From an uncultured candidatus Porisulfidus sp. (lineage in GTDB: Bacteria; Pseudomonadota; Gammaproteobacteria; Poriferisulfidales; Poriferisulfidaceae): 64,000 nt of DNA. This document shows, in pieces, positions 14,818 through 28,062 of this stretch (within the stretch, counting starts at the first letter, position 1; each line of letters starts with the position of its first letter). The notes beneath the pieces are model-generated. The model was not told the origin of the DNA and did no database searches. It saw nothing but the letters and a program-made list of their open reading frames with translations. Made by a program: the position numbers and the translations under genes. The stretch spans positions 576,001 through 640,000 of the forward strand of contig CBDASZ010000001.1 of assembly GCA_965199755.1 (NCBI GenBank), given 5' to 3'.

Positions 14818-15644
14818 GCGTTGTTCGCGTGGGTCTGACAATCCCGGATGCGGTTGACTTCGCTGAGCAGTTGCGTCATGGGCGGGAACTCGAAATCGCG
14901 CTCCAGCAAGGTCGGCAGCGGGCCGAACAGACGGTAGGCATCGTCGAGCAACTCCCAGACCGGCTCAATGACATCGGCACCGTGGGTATCGACGATCAGA
15001 TCTTCCGCCTCGTTGTAATGTCCGGCGATATGGCAGTAGGCGACGCGCTCACGTGGCAGGGCGGCGAGATACGTGCGCGGGTCATAGCGATGGTTGACGG
15101 AATTGACATAGACATTGTTGACATCCAGCAGCATGAGACAGTCGGCTTCTTCGAGCACGGTGCGGACAAAGTCGATTTCCTCCATCTGCTTGCCAGGTGC
15201 GGCGTAGTAGGAGACGTTCTCCACTGCAATTTGCTGACCCAGCAGTTGCTGGACCTCGCGGATGCGTCCGGCCACATAGCGCGCCGCCTCCTCGGTGAAC
15301 GGGATGGGCGCGAGGTCATAGAGTTGTCCGTGGTCCGAGCAATAACTCAAATGTTCGCTGTAGATGCGCACACGGTAGCGTTTGAGAAAGTCGCGTACCT
15401 GGATAAGCAGGCTGTGATCCAGTGGTTCCGGCCCGCCCAGTGACAGTGACAGTCCGTGAGTCGTCAGTGGATAGCGCTCGGTCAGTTCCTCGAACTGTCG
15501 TTGGAACTTGCCGCCGAGGCCAATCCAGTTCTCTGGCGCGACTTCAAAGAAGTCGATCGCCGTATCGTCCAGTTTCAGAAAGTCTCGCAGAATGCCGCGG
15601 CGCAACCCCAAGCCCGACCCTTGCACCGGGATGCGCTTAGCCAT
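14814..15644 (-). CDS. DUF692 multinuclear non-heme iron oxidase (HvfB/BufB type RiPP maturase)
   Basis: [57 protein letters not shown] motifs. Confidence 0.95.
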   Translation of the reverse strand: MAKRIPVQGSGLGLRRGILRDFLKLDDTAIDFFEVAPENWIGLGGKFQRQFEELTERYPLTTHGLSLSLGGPEPLDHSLLIQVRDFLKRYRVRIYSEHLSYCSDHGQLYDLAPIPFTEEAARYVAGRIREVQQLLGQQIAVENVSYYAAPGKQMEEIDFVRTVLEEADCLMLLDVNNVYVNSVNHRYDPRTYLAALPRERVAYCHIAGHYNEAEDLIVDTHGADVIEPVWELLDDAYRLFGPLPTLLERDFEFPPMTQLLSEVNRIRDCQTHANNA

Positions 15645-16236
15645 TGCAGCGTCGCGTGATCCAGTAATCCAGACTCAGATAGCGTCCGCTGCCGAAGGCG
15701 AGCAGGGCGAGCAGCATGATGAAGTAGGTGGCGGCAAATTCAATGCCGTTGTTGAGGATCACCAGGTTGCCGTGTTCAGTGAGCCAACTGTAGTCGCCAT
15801 GCTCGCGCAACAGGGAGCGCATGGCCTGCAGGCGTTCGAGCGCCATTTCGGTGCGCTCATTGCCGAAGAAACCACTTTCGGCGATGGCGAGCCAGCCGTT
15901 TTGCCAGTGCACGGCAAGCGCGGCGACCGTCATGGTGAATATCAGGGGGATGGAGACCCAGCGGGTCGCCAGTCCGATCAGCAGCAGGATGCCACCGAAG
16001 AACTCCGTCCAGCCGGCCAGCGCCGCCATCAGCGCGGGCAGGGGCAGTTCCAGACTGTGGGTGAACCAGTGGACGGTGCCGGCATTCGGCAACAGGCTTG
16101 GAAGTTCGAGTTTTTGGGCGCCGGCAATGATGAATACCGGTGCCAGATACAATCGTAACAGAAAGAGCGCCAGAAAGTCAAAGTGTTGCGCCTGACTTTT
16201 CAGCCAGGAATGCGCGCAACAAGCAAGGCGGATCAT
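15637..16236 (-). CDS. DoxX family membrane protein (HvfX type)
   Basis: [54 protein letters not shown]. Confidence 0.9.
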   Translation of the reverse strand: MIRLACCAHSWLKSQAQHFDFLALFLLRLYLAPVFIIAGAQKLELPSLLPNAGTVHWFTHSLELPLPALMAALAGWTEFFGGILLLIGLATRWVSIPLIFTMTVAALAVHWQNGWLAIAESGFFGNERTEMALERLQAMRSLLREHGDYSWLTEHGNLVILNNGIEFAATYFIMLLALLAFGSGRYLSLDYWITRRCNG

Positions 16237-16279
16237 GAGATGGGACTGGGTCTGCTGACCCGGTTGATGCGGGGGAAGC

Positions 16280-16307
16280 CAGCCCCCGGACATACTTCCG
16301 GGGGCTG
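16280..16307 (-). terminator. intra-operon hairpin between the RiPP precursor gene and doxX
   Basis: CAGCCCCCGGA / TCCGGGGGCTG perfect 11-bp inverted repeat with 6-nt loop. Confidence 0.6.
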
Positions 16308-16379
16308 ACCCTCCAGAGAGAAGGCTCGCTCTACCTTACTATCTGAAACTTAAGTCAGCAGCGAGACAGCTTATTCAGC

Positions 16380-16682
16380 TTATTCGCCCTCGCCGCCTTC
16401 ACCAGCTTCTTCGGCATCACCTTCGCTGGCTTCTTCACCTTCCCCTTCACTGCCTTCACCATCACCATCACCATCTCCACCACCATCTTCACCACACTGA
16501 CCTTCGCCACATTTGCCTTCACCACAGGAGCCTTCGCCACCGTGGCTGTCGGCAACCTGTACGCCATTGGTGGGTAGTGAGTTGATGCTGAACGGGCTGT
16601 CACCGGCCAGAGCGCTGGAACAGGCCAGCATGCCGGTCACACCTAGAGCCAAGGCAATAGGGTTGATTTCTTTCTTGTTCAT
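16380..16682 (-). CDS. HvfA-family (bufferin II/oxazolin-type) RiPP precursor
   Basis: Sec-type signal peptide, SPF motif, tandem EGSCG-EGKCG-EGQCG, then an acidic Gly/Glu/Asp tail; AGAGGA SD. Confidence 0.9.
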   Translation of the reverse strand: MNKKEINPIALALGVTGMLACSSALAGDSPFSINSLPTNGVQVADSHGGEGSCGEGKCGEGQCGEDGGGDGDGDGEGSEGEGEEASEGDAEEAGEGGEGE

Positions 16683-16755
16683 GTGTTTTTTCCTCTATCA
16701 AGTTTGATGTTACAGATAATCCGAGCGGAATCCCGCTCATTATACATATAAAAAT

Positions 16756-16782
16756 ATAGACTGCCGCAATCAGCAAAAGTTC
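16756..16782 (-). promoter_or_regulatory. putative RpoE/AlgU (ECF)-type promoter of the MNIO operon
   Basis: Minus strand GAACTT-N16-TCTAT about 75 nt upstream of the precursor ATG. Confidence 0.55.
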
Positions 16783-16811
16783 TCCAAGAAGCAGTGTCGG
16801 CACTGCGTGTG

Positions 16812-17444
16812 TCAATCAAATCTGCCCGGCCATTCGCACAGGTCTTGAATCCGACATTCACCGCATTTCGGCTTGCGCGCCGTACAGGTGTAGCGCCCGT
16901 GCAGAATGAGCCAGTGGTGGGCGTCTTTGAGGTAGCGCGCCGGCACTTGCTGCATCAGCGCTTCTTCCACGTCGCGCACGGTTTTGCCCGGAGCGATGCC
17001 GATTCGGTTGCTGATCCGAAAGATATGGGTGTCAACGGCGATTACTGGCTCGCCGAAGGCGGTGTTCAGGATGACATTAGCAGTCTTGCGCCCGACACCA
17101 GGCAAGGCTTCCAGCGCGTCGCGGCTTTGAGGCACGCGACCTTCATGCAGCAGCAGCAGTCGGTCGCAGGTGGCGATGATGTTGGCAGCCTTGTTACGGT
17201 GCAGGCCGATGCTGCTGATGTAGGGGATCAACCCGGCGGTGTCGAGCGCCAGAATGGAGCGGGGGGTGCGTGCTTTCGCGAACAGCTTGACGGTCGCCTT
17301 ATTGACCGCGACGTCAGTGCATTGTGCGGAGAGAATAACCGCGATCAGCAACTCGAACGCATTGCGGTAGCGCAATTCGGTGGTGGGGTTGGGGTGCTGT
17401 TTTTTGAAGCGCCGGAAAATCAGCGCGATCGTGCGGCTGTCCAT
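16812..17444 (-). CDS. nth: endonuclease III
   Basis: FELLIAVILSAQCTD, LPGVGRKTANV, AVDTH, CTARKPKCGECRIQDLC Fe-S motif. Confidence 0.97.
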   Translation of the reverse strand: MDSRTIALIFRRFKKQHPNPTTELRYRNAFELLIAVILSAQCTDVAVNKATVKLFAKARTPRSILALDTAGLIPYISSIGLHRNKAANIIATCDRLLLLHEGRVPQSRDALEALPGVGRKTANVILNTAFGEPVIAVDTHIFRISNRIGIAPGKTVRDVEEALMQQVPARYLKDAHHWLILHGRYTCTARKPKCGECRIQDLCEWPGRFD

Positions 17445-17848
17445 CAGGCTGAATCCGCGCGGCGCTGACGGGCGCGGGCGATGGCTTCTTCAATGGCACG
17501 CTGACGTCTCGGCGCGTCGCTTTGGCGGAATTGCTCGTGCAGGTCTTCCAGTTGCCGGGTATGGATTGACTGCTGGGTCTGCAGGCGCACCCGGCGCGCG
17601 ATGGCGCGGTCGCGGGCATGGAGGCGGTAGTTGTGGTCCCGTGGCGGATGCTGCGCATCGTCATGCCATGTGATGCAGTCTACCGGGCAGATGGGCAGGC
17701 ACAGGCCGCATTCGGTGCAGTAATCGGGCAGAACATAGTGATTTTGTTGCGCCGCGCCGATGATGGCGTCGAACGGGCAGGCATCAATGCAGTGGGTACA
17801 GCCAATGCAGTGACGCGGATTGATCCAGGCGACGCGCGCGACACTCAC
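17444..17848 (-). CDS. 2[4Fe-4S] ferredoxin, truncated RnfB/RsxB-like
   Basis: [16 protein letters not shown] and [16 protein letters not shown]; metG-rnfB-nth synteny. Confidence 0.85.
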   Translation of the reverse strand: MSVARVAWINPRHCIGCTHCIDACPFDAIIGAAQQNHYVLPDYCTECGLCLPICPVDCITWHDDAQHPPRDHNYRLHARDRAIARRVRLQTQQSIHTRQLEDLHEQFRQSDAPRRQRAIEEAIARARQRRADSA

Positions 17849-19857
17849 CGGATTCGCATGCCCACTTCCGCGCCTTCGTCCACCGCCAGCAGAAAGATAG
17901 ACTCTCCCGACTCTGCGCTGGCCGCCAGAATCATGCTCTCCGAGGTGCCAAAGCGCATCTTGCGCGGCGCTAGATTGGCGACCGCCACTACCAGACGTCC
18001 GAGCAGCTGTTCCGGCGTATAGGCGGAACGGATGCCGGCGAAGACCTGTCGGCGGGACGCGCCGAGGTCGAGAGTCAAGGCGAGTAGCCGATCGGCACCC
18101 TCCACGTAATCGGCTTCCAGCACGCGCGCGACGCGCAAGTCAATTTTGGCGAAATCTTCGTAGGCGATGGTGGGGGAGTCGGCGGCCTCAGTGTCAGGAG
18201 CGGCCTCGGCGTCAGGGGTGCGGGTTTCATTAAGCATGGCATCAATGGAGTCGGGGTCCACGCGAGTGGACAAGGGAGTGAACGGTCGAATGGGGTGATC
18301 GAGCAGCACCTGCTGCGGTGCGTTCCAGTCAAGCGGGTCGCAGTTCAGGAAGGCCTCGCTGGCTTGCGCCATGGCCGGCACCACTGGTTTCAGGTAGGCG
18401 ACCAGCACGCGAAACAGATTCAGGCCCTGCGTGCAGATGCCCCAGGCTTGCTCGCGCGTGGCGTCATGGCGTATGGTCTCCCAGGGCTTTTGCTCGCTCA
18501 GATATTGATTGGCGGTATCCGCCAGTGCCATGATCTGTCGCATGGCGTGTGAGAAGCGCCTAGCCTCATAGTGCGCGGCAATCTCGTCAGCCGCCTCGGC
18601 GAAGTGCGCGAACAGTTCCGGCTCAGGCAGTGCGGCCGCGAGGCGGCCGTCGAAAGATTTTTCAATGAAGCCGGCGCAGCGGCTCGCGATATTCACCACC
18701 TTGCCGACCAGATCACTATTGACGCGCGCCACAAAATCATCCAGATTCAGATTCAGGTCGCTGATGTCAGGAGACAGTTTGGCGGCGAAGTAGTAGCGCA
18801 AATGCTCCGGGTCCAGATGCTTCAGATAAGTGCGCGCTTCAATGAAGGTGCCGGTGGATTTGGACATTTTCTGGCCGTTGACGGTGAGAAAGCCATGGCA
18901 CCACACGGCGGTGGGGGTGCGATAGCCGGCACCGTGCAGCAAAGCTGGCCAGAATAGGGTGTGGAAATAGGCGATGTCCTTGCCGATGAAATGGTACAGT
19001 TCGACCTCGCTGTCGGCACGCCAGACGGCATCAAAGGACTGATCGTGTGTATCGCACCAGTGCTGGTGGCTGGCCATGTAGCCGATCGGCGCGTCCAGCC
19101 ACACATAGAAATACTGGCCGGGCGCATCCGGGATCTCAAAGCCAAAATACGGCGCGTCGCGGCTGATATCCCAGTCCTGCAGACCCTCTTCGAACCATTC
19201 TTTGAGTTTGTTGGCGATTTCGCTTTGTACGCCGTCGCGTTTCGCCCAATCCTGCAAAAACGCGCTGAAGTCACCCAATTGAAAGAACAGATGTTCGGTC
19301 TCGCGCAACTCCGGTGAGGTGTCGCTGAGTGTAGAGCGCGGATCGCCGAGTTCGGTGGATGCGTAGGTGGCACCGCATTTCTCGCAGGCATCGCCGTACT
19401 GATCATCAGCGCCGCAGCGCGGGCAGCGCCCGCGGATGTAACGATCGGAGAGAAACAATTCCTCCTGCGTGTCGTAATAGCGGCGAATGGTCTTGCGGCG
19501 GATATGGCCGGCGGCCGCCAGTTTGCTGTAGATATCGCATGACAGCGCGCGATTTTCGTCGCTGTGCGTGCTGTGGTATTGATCAAACTCAATCAGAAAA
19601 TCCGCGAAATCCTGTTGGTGCTGCTGGCTGAATTCCTCAATCAGTTGCTCCGGGTTGACGTCGCGTTGTCGCGCCAGCAACATGATCGGCGTGCCGTGTG
19701 CGTCGTCAGCGCAGACGTAGACGCATTCATGTCCGCGCAGGCGCTGGAAGCGTACCCAGATGTCGGCCTGGATGTATTCGACCAGGTGTCCCAGATGAAT
19801 GGGCCCGTTGGCATAAGGCAGGGCGCTGGTGACCAGCATGTGGCGCGGCTGTGGCAT
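17845..19857 (-). CDS. metG: methionine--tRNA ligase
   Basis: [19 protein letters not shown]-terminal tRNA-binding domain. Confidence 0.99.
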   Translation of the reverse strand: MPQPRHMLVTSALPYANGPIHLGHLVEYIQADIWVRFQRLRGHECVYVCADDAHGTPIMLLARQRDVNPEQLIEEFSQQHQQDFADFLIEFDQYHSTHSDENRALSCDIYSKLAAAGHIRRKTIRRYYDTQEELFLSDRYIRGRCPRCGADDQYGDACEKCGATYASTELGDPRSTLSDTSPELRETEHLFFQLGDFSAFLQDWAKRDGVQSEIANKLKEWFEEGLQDWDISRDAPYFGFEIPDAPGQYFYVWLDAPIGYMASHQHWCDTHDQSFDAVWRADSEVELYHFIGKDIAYFHTLFWPALLHGAGYRTPTAVWCHGFLTVNGQKMSKSTGTFIEARTYLKHLDPEHLRYYFAAKLSPDISDLNLNLDDFVARVNSDLVGKVVNIASRCAGFIEKSFDGRLAAALPEPELFAHFAEAADEIAAHYEARRFSHAMRQIMALADTANQYLSEQKPWETIRHDATREQAWGICTQGLNLFRVLVAYLKPVVPAMAQASEAFLNCDPLDWNAPQQVLLDHPIRPFTPLSTRVDPDSIDAMLNETRTPDAEAAPDTEAADSPTIAYEDFAKIDLRVARVLEADYVEGADRLLALTLDLGASRRQVFAGIRSAYTPEQLLGRLVVAVANLAPRKMRFGTSESMILAASAESGESIFLLAVDEGAEVGMRIR

Positions 19858-19867
19858 GGCGTTTGCG

Positions 19868-20899
19868 TCAGGAGCGCGCGGGGGGCGGTGTCGGACTCAG
19901 CAAGGCTGCGATGGGGCGTGTGCGAGGGCTGGATTCGAGCGCCAATTTGAGGATGATGGTCAGCGGAATGGACAGCAGCATGCCGACCGTGCCGAGCAGC
20001 CAGCCCCAGAAGATCAGCGACAGAAACACGACCAAAACCGACAAATCCAGTTGCCGGCCCATAATGCGCGGCTCCAGGACGTTGCCGACGCCCAGATTGA
20101 TGAAGAAATAGCCCAAAATGACGATGCCGGCAAACATCGGGCCGAGTTGCAGCCAAGTCAGCAAGACAGCTGGAATGGCGGCCAGAATCGAGCCGATATT
20201 GGGGATAAAATTCAGCAAAAAGGCCAGCACGCCCCACAGCACGGCATGCGGCACGCTCATCGCCAGCAGCAAGGCTGTGACCAGCAGTCCGGTGAGTATG
20301 CTGGTGAGGGTTTTGACGGCGAGATAGCGGTGCACGCTGACCGTGAACCGGGAGATGGGCGCTTCGGCATCGGATTGCGGGAAGATGCGCTGGACTTTCT
20401 GCGGCAGGTCTGCCGCCTCCAGCAGCAGAAAGATCACGGTCAGCAAAATCAGCAGGGTGTTGGTCAGCAGTGTGCCGAAGCCGCTGAGGATTTCGGCCAC
20501 CAGATTCAGGAAGAAGCCCGGATTGATCCATTCCGAATAGTGCGCGTCGATGGGCAGTTGCTGTCCGAGCCAGCCTTCCAGTACAGTCACATGCTGCTGC
20601 AGTTGCTGGTAGTAGCCGGGCAGGGCCTGATGAAAATGCGTGACCGAGGCACCGAGCAGCGCGGCCAGACTCGCGCCGATGGTCAGCAAGGCCAGCATAA
20701 CGATGGTGAGTGCGGCCCAGGTAGGCACTCGGCGGCGGCGCAGCGCGTGCATGGCCGGATCGCAGGCGATGGCGATGAAGCACGCCAGCAGAAACGGCAC
20801 CACGATCTCGCGCGCCTGCTGCAACGCGGCGGTGATGACGATCAGGCAGACCCCGGCGAGCAACGCGCGCAGGTAGCCGGGCAGCGCCTCACTAGACAT
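19868..20899 (-). CDS. AI-2E family transporter
   Basis: [38 protein letters not shown]; multi-TM. Confidence 0.9.
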   Translation of the reverse strand: MSSEALPGYLRALLAGVCLIVITAALQQAREIVVPFLLACFIAIACDPAMHALRRRRVPTWAALTIVMLALLTIGASLAALLGASVTHFHQALPGYYQQLQQHVTVLEGWLGQQLPIDAHYSEWINPGFFLNLVAEILSGFGTLLTNTLLILLTVIFLLLEAADLPQKVQRIFPQSDAEAPISRFTVSVHRYLAVKTLTSILTGLLVTALLLAMSVPHAVLWGVLAFLLNFIPNIGSILAAIPAVLLTWLQLGPMFAGIVILGYFFINLGVGNVLEPRIMGRQLDLSVLVVFLSLIFWGWLLGTVGMLLSIPLTIILKLALESSPRTRPIAALLSPTPPPARS

Positions 20900-22106
20900 C
20901 GTCCAACTGTTTGGGCGGGTAGGGCCGAAGGGCGCGGTGCAGGATCATGTAGCCGATCACGGCGGACACCACCGAGCCGAGCAGAATCCCGATCTTGTCT
21001 TCGGTGATCAGGTGAGCGTAGTCGCCATGCGCGAGACTGGCGACGAACAGGCTCATGGTGAAGCCGATGCCGCACAGGAAGGACATTCCGACGAAGGCCA
21101 ACCAGCCGGTGCCATGCGGCAGGCTGCCGAGTTTCAAGGCGGCACCGAGAGCGGTGAACAGGCAGATGCCGATCGGCTTGCCGAGCAGCAAACCGAGCAG
21201 AATTCCGAGCGTCAGTTCGTCAGTCAGCACGCTCCACGTGGCATCCATCACGTAGACGCCGGCATTGCAGAACGCGAATATCGGCAGAATCAAAAACGCC
21301 ACCCAGCCGTGCAGCTTGTGCTCCAGTCGCGTCAGTGGCGAGTACTGCATGTCGTGCGGCACGTGTGTCGGGATGGTGGCGGCCAGCAAGACGCCGGCGA
21401 TGGTGGCATGCACGCCGGACTTCAGGGTGAAATACCACAGTACCAGTCCGACCAGCATATACAGGGGGGTATGTCGCACCCGCAGCAAATTGAAGATGAT
21501 CAGCGCCACCATGCACAGCCCGGCGTTGACGATCATATCCAGCGCTAGTTGGTCGGTGTAGTACAGGGCGATAATCAGCACCGCCGCCAGATCATCGAGA
21601 ATGGCCAGCGCCAGCAGGAAAATCTTCAGCCCGACCGGCACCCGGCGGCCCAGTAGCATCAGCACGCCGAGCGAGAAGGCGATGTCGGTGGCGGTGGGAA
21701 TGGCCCAGCCGCGCATGGCGATCTCGTCGCTCATGTTGAAGGCAGCGAAGATCAGCGCCGGTGCCAGAATGCCGCCGACCGCGCCAAATGCTGGCAAGGC
21801 GACATGGCGCGGTTTGGAAAGATGTCCCTCGATTAGTTCGCGCTTGAGTTCCAGCCCGATGATGAAGAAGAAGATTGCCATCAGGCCGTCGTTGACCCAC
21901 AACAGCAGCGGCTTGTCGATGTGGGCGATGTTCAGATCGAGGTTCAGCTGCCAGTTCAGGAACTCCTGATAGGTCTGGTGATAGCCGCCGTTGACCACCA
22001 CCAGGGCGGTGATCGCGAACAGCCCCAGCACGATGCTGCTGCTCGCTTCCGTTTCGACAAACTTGCGCAGAAACTGGTGAATGCGGAGGTAAAGATGGCG
22101 GATCAT
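20892..22106 (-). CDS. nhaA: Na+/H+ antiporter NhaA
   Basis: WVNDGLMAIFFF, GWAIPTATDIAF, LAILDDL, GIGFTMSLF. Confidence 0.97.
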   Translation of the reverse strand: MIRHLYLRIHQFLRKFVETEASSSIVLGLFAITALVVVNGGYHQTYQEFLNWQLNLDLNIAHIDKPLLLWVNDGLMAIFFFIIGLELKRELIEGHLSKPRHVALPAFGAVGGILAPALIFAAFNMSDEIAMRGWAIPTATDIAFSLGVLMLLGRRVPVGLKIFLLALAILDDLAAVLIIALYYTDQLALDMIVNAGLCMVALIIFNLLRVRHTPLYMLVGLVLWYFTLKSGVHATIAGVLLAATIPTHVPHDMQYSPLTRLEHKLHGWVAFLILPIFAFCNAGVYVMDATWSVLTDELTLGILLGLLLGKPIGICLFTALGAALKLGSLPHGTGWLAFVGMSFLCGIGFTMSLFVASLAHGDYAHLITEDKIGILLGSVVSAVIGYMILHRALRPYPPKQLDDV

Positions 22107-22285
22107 GGGAGCGGGAGCGCGAGAAGGCTTGGGCTGCGGATTTTATTGTACGGGACGGGTGGCGCAAAATCGCAAACGAATCCCGTGGGAGTGCTCAACC
22201 CGTAGCAGTGATATAGCATAATGGCGCACAAGCGTAGCGATTGCCGCACTACCGCGCCTGTAAATAACCCACCCAAGGTTTCGAG

Positions 22286-22579
22286 ATGGATTTGGATGCC
22301 GCCACAGTGCGCCGGATTGCGAAATTGGCCCGGTTGCGCCCGGATCAAGCGCAGCAGCAGTCTCTGTTGCGGGAAATGGCGCAAATTCTTGAGTTTTTTG
22401 ACCAGCTGGCGCAAGCCGACACGGACGCTGTGCCGCCGTTGGCGCATCCTCTGGACGTGGACCAGCGCCTGCGCGATGACACGGTCACCGAACCGGATCG
22501 CCGTGATGACTACCAGAAGCTCGCGCCGGATGCTGAGGCCGGGCTGTACCGGGTGCCGCCGGTGCTGGATTCGGACTGA
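22286..22579 (+). CDS. gatC: Asp/Glu-tRNA amidotransferase subunit C
   Basis: IAKLARL...LRDD...LYRVPPV; precedes gatA. Confidence 0.93.
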   Translation: MDLDAATVRRIAKLARLRPDQAQQQSLLREMAQILEFFDQLAQADTDAVPPLAHPLDVDQRLRDDTVTEPDRRDDYQKLAPDAEAGLYRVPPVLDSD

Positions 22580-24029
22580 TGCACACGCACACGCTCGTTG
22601 AGCAGCGCCAGGCCTTGCAGGCCGGTGAGATCTCAAGCCACGAACTGACGCAGTTGTACCTGCAGCGAATCGGGCAGCACCAGTCGACCCTCAACAGTTT
22701 TATCAGCGTCACCGGGGAGCAGGCCCTTGAGCAGGCGCAGGCGGTGGATGCCGCGCGCGCAGATGGCGCGGTGATGCCATTAGCCGGCATTCCGATCGCG
22801 CACAAGGATATTTTCTGCACCGAGGGGGTGCGCACCAGTTGCGGGTCGCGCATGCTCGATGATTTCATCGCGCCATATGACGCGACGGTGGTGGAGCATC
22901 TCGGCGCGGCGGGCGCGGTCAGTCTCGGCAAGACCAATATGGATGAGTTTGCGATGGGTTCATCGAATGAGACCAGCCATTACGGCCCGGTGCGCAATCC
23001 CTGGGACTGCGCGCGTGTCCCCGGAGGCTCCAGCGGCGGTTCGGCCGCCGCGGTGGCGGCGCGTCTGATTCCGGCGGCCACGGCGACCGACACCGGCGGC
23101 TCCATTCGCCAGCCGGCCGCGTTTTGCGGCGTTACTGGCCTGAAACCAACTTATGGGCGGGTTTCACGATTCGGCATGGTCGCTTATGCGTCGAGTCTTG
23201 ATCAGGGCGGCGTGATTGGCATCAGCGCGGAAGATTGCGCGCTGTTGCTTGGGGTGATGGCGGGTTTTGACGCGCAGGACTCCACCTGTGTGGAACACCC
23301 AGTGCCGGATTATTCCGCCGAACTGGAGACTTCACTCGATGGCTTGCGTATTGCGTTGCCGCGCGAGTTTTTTGAGGCGAGTCTGGACCCGCGCATCCGC
23401 GCCTCCATGGATGAGGCGCTGGCGCTTTGGGAATCGCAGGGAGCGAAACTGATTGAGGTGTCGCTGCCGCATCTGTCGCTGGCGACGCCCGCTTATTACG
23501 TGATCGCCTCGGCTGAATGCTCTTCCAATCTGGCGCGCTATGACGGAGTGCGCTACGGTCACCGATGCGAGGATCCCGAAGATCTGGACGATCTGTTTTG
23601 TCGGTCGCGTGAAGAGGGTTTTGGTGCCGAGGTGCGCCGCCGCATCATGCTGGGCACCTACGCCTTATCAGCCGGCTACTATCAGGCTTATTACGGCAAG
23701 GCGCAGCGGGTGCGGCAATTGATTCGACAGGATTTTCAGCAGATTTTTGATCAGGCGGATGTGATCGCCGCGCCTGTATCACCCGTTTTGCCGTTCGCTC
23801 TGGGTGAGAAACTCGAAGATCCCCTGGCGATGTACCAAATGGACTGCTATACCATTCCGGTCAATTTGGCCGGCCTGCCGGGGCTGTCGTTGCCGACGCG
23901 CCCGATTGAGGGTCTGCCAAGCGCGGTGCAGTTGATCGGCAATTATTTTGATGAAGCGCGTCTGCTGGGGCTGGGCCATGTCTGGCAGCGCGAAACCGCT
24001 TGGCACCGCCTGATTCCGCCGGAGTTCGC

Positions 24030-24033
<4 letters not shown>
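22579..24033 (+). CDS. gatA: Asp/Glu-tRNA amidotransferase subunit A
   Basis: [37 protein letters not shown]. Confidence 0.98.
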
Positions 24034-26524
<2,491 letters not shown>

Positions 26525-26528
26525 ATCG

Positions 26529-27350
26529 TTGAGGCGCTACGCCGTCATCGGATATCCCGTCACCCACAGTCTGTCGCCGGTGATTCATGCTGCTTTCGCG
26601 GCGCACACAGGGGTTGAATTGCAGTATGCGCAACTTGAGGTTGCGCCAGAAGAGTTCGACGAATTTGCGCGACAGTTTTTCACCGCCGGCGGGCATGGAC
26701 TCAACGTAACGGTACCGCACAAGCAAGCCGCGCTGCGTCTGGCCGATGAAGTGATGCCGCGTGCGCAACAAGCGGGTGCTGTGAACTGGTTGACGAACAC
26801 CGGGGAGGCGCTGCTTGGGGATAACACCGACGGTAGTGGACTGGTGCGTGATATGACGGAAAATCTGGGTGTGGAACTCACTGGCAAACGTCTGTTGCTG
26901 CTCGGCGCGGGTGGTGCCGCGCGAGGCATTCTGGGCCCGCTTCTGGACTGTGAGCCAGCCGCTTTACAGGTAGCGAATCGCACGGTCGCACGCGCTCATG
27001 AACTGGTGGCGTCTTGTGCAGATCAGGCCGTAGTCAGTGCCTGTGGGCTGGATGATCTGGGTGAGATGGCGTTCGATGTGATTGTCAACGCCACGGCCAG
27101 CAGTGGGCCGGAAGCTGAACTGGTGCTGCCTGAGACGCTTTTGGGGGAGCACAGCGTGTGTTATGACCTGATGTATGGTGTGGAGACGGCGTTTCTGAAA
27201 TGGGCGCGGGCCTCAAAGTGCGCACGTGTATTCGATGGTTTCGGGATGCTGCTTGAGCAGGCGGGTGAGAGTTTCGCTTTGTGGCACGGCATCACCCCTG
27301 ATGTGGCGGCAGTGCGTGCGGAATTGCGCCCTGAGAGTCAAGCGCCGTAG
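26529..27350 (+). CDS. aroE: shikimate dehydrogenase
   Basis: GYPVTHSLSP, NVTVPHK, GDNTDG, GAGGAARG; start is TTG at 26529 or 26514. Confidence 0.95.
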   Translation: MRRYAVIGYPVTHSLSPVIHAAFAAHTGVELQYAQLEVAPEEFDEFARQFFTAGGHGLNVTVPHKQAALRLADEVMPRAQQAGAVNWLTNTGEALLGDNTDGSGLVRDMTENLGVELTGKRLLLLGAGGAARGILGPLLDCEPAALQVANRTVARAHELVASCADQAVVSACGLDDLGEMAFDVIVNATASSGPEAELVLPETLLGEHSVCYDLMYGVETAFLKWARASKCARVFDGFGMLLEQAGESFALWHGITPDVAAVRAELRPESQAP

Positions 27351-27991
27351 CGTTCGAGATACGCTTCGACCTGATCATGGTATTGCTGATATTCGGGCGC
27401 GTCATGCAGGATCTGCTGGAAATCCTGCGCCCGCACGATCGAAAACACTGGCACGTTGCATTGCTCGGCCAGTTCTTCAGCGGCCGACTGTGCGCCGTTC
27501 TGACCGCATTCGCCACGATCCAGCAGCACCAGCAGCCCGGCCACCTCGGCCCCGTGTGCGCGAATCAGATCCACCGAGGTGCGCACCGTGATGCCGGAGG
27601 AAATCACGTCATCAATCAGCAGCACGCGACCCGACAGAGGAGCGCCGAAAGTCTGACCGCTGTCTCCGTGTGTCTTGGCTTCCTTGCGATCAAAGGCGAC
27701 CGGAATGGTGCGATCGTACAGTCGATGCAGCGCACCTGCCGCCGAACTGGCAAGCGGGATGCCTTTGTAGGCCGGACCGAACAGCATGTCAAAAGAAATG
27801 TCGTGTGCAATGGCCGCATGCGCGTAGCACGCGCCGACGCATTCCAGCGCCGCGCCGTCATTGAGCGCTCCGGCGTTGAAGAAATACGGACTACGCCGTC
27901 CCGACTTGAGCGTGAACTCACCGAACTGAAGGCACTGGTATTGCAAGGCCAACTGCAGAAAATCGCGTGGATAGTCCGGCGGGGGATTCAT
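27338..27991 (-). CDS. pyrE: orotate phosphoribosyltransferase
   Basis: FGEFTLKSGRRSPYFFN, GPAYKGIP, LIDDVISSG. Confidence 0.97.
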   Translation of the reverse strand: MNPPPDYPRDFLQLALQYQCLQFGEFTLKSGRRSPYFFNAGALNDGAALECVGACYAHAAIAHDISFDMLFGPAYKGIPLASSAAGALHRLYDRTIPVAFDRKEAKTHGDSGQTFGAPLSGRVLLIDDVISSGITVRTSVDLIRAHGAEVAGLLVLLDRGECGQNGAQSAAEELAEQCNVPVFSIVRAQDFQQILHDAPEYQQYHDQVEAYLERYGA

Positions 27992-28062
27992 CTGGCGGCG
28001 AGGTCTGGCAGTGTTCAATATGCGCGGCTATCTTACTGCTTTGGGGCGCATGCCCGGCATTC

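Noticed and set aside
16355-16603. Alternative-frame Lys/Val-rich 82-aa ORF over the RiPP precursor
   Set aside because: It is a by-product of the low-complexity GAA/GGT repeats; the precursor frame has the SD, signal peptide and Cys motifs
22107-22285. Possible nhaA-associated riboswitch
   Set aside because: A TACAAT -10 candidate lies only about 40 nt before the ATG and no convincing structure is visible
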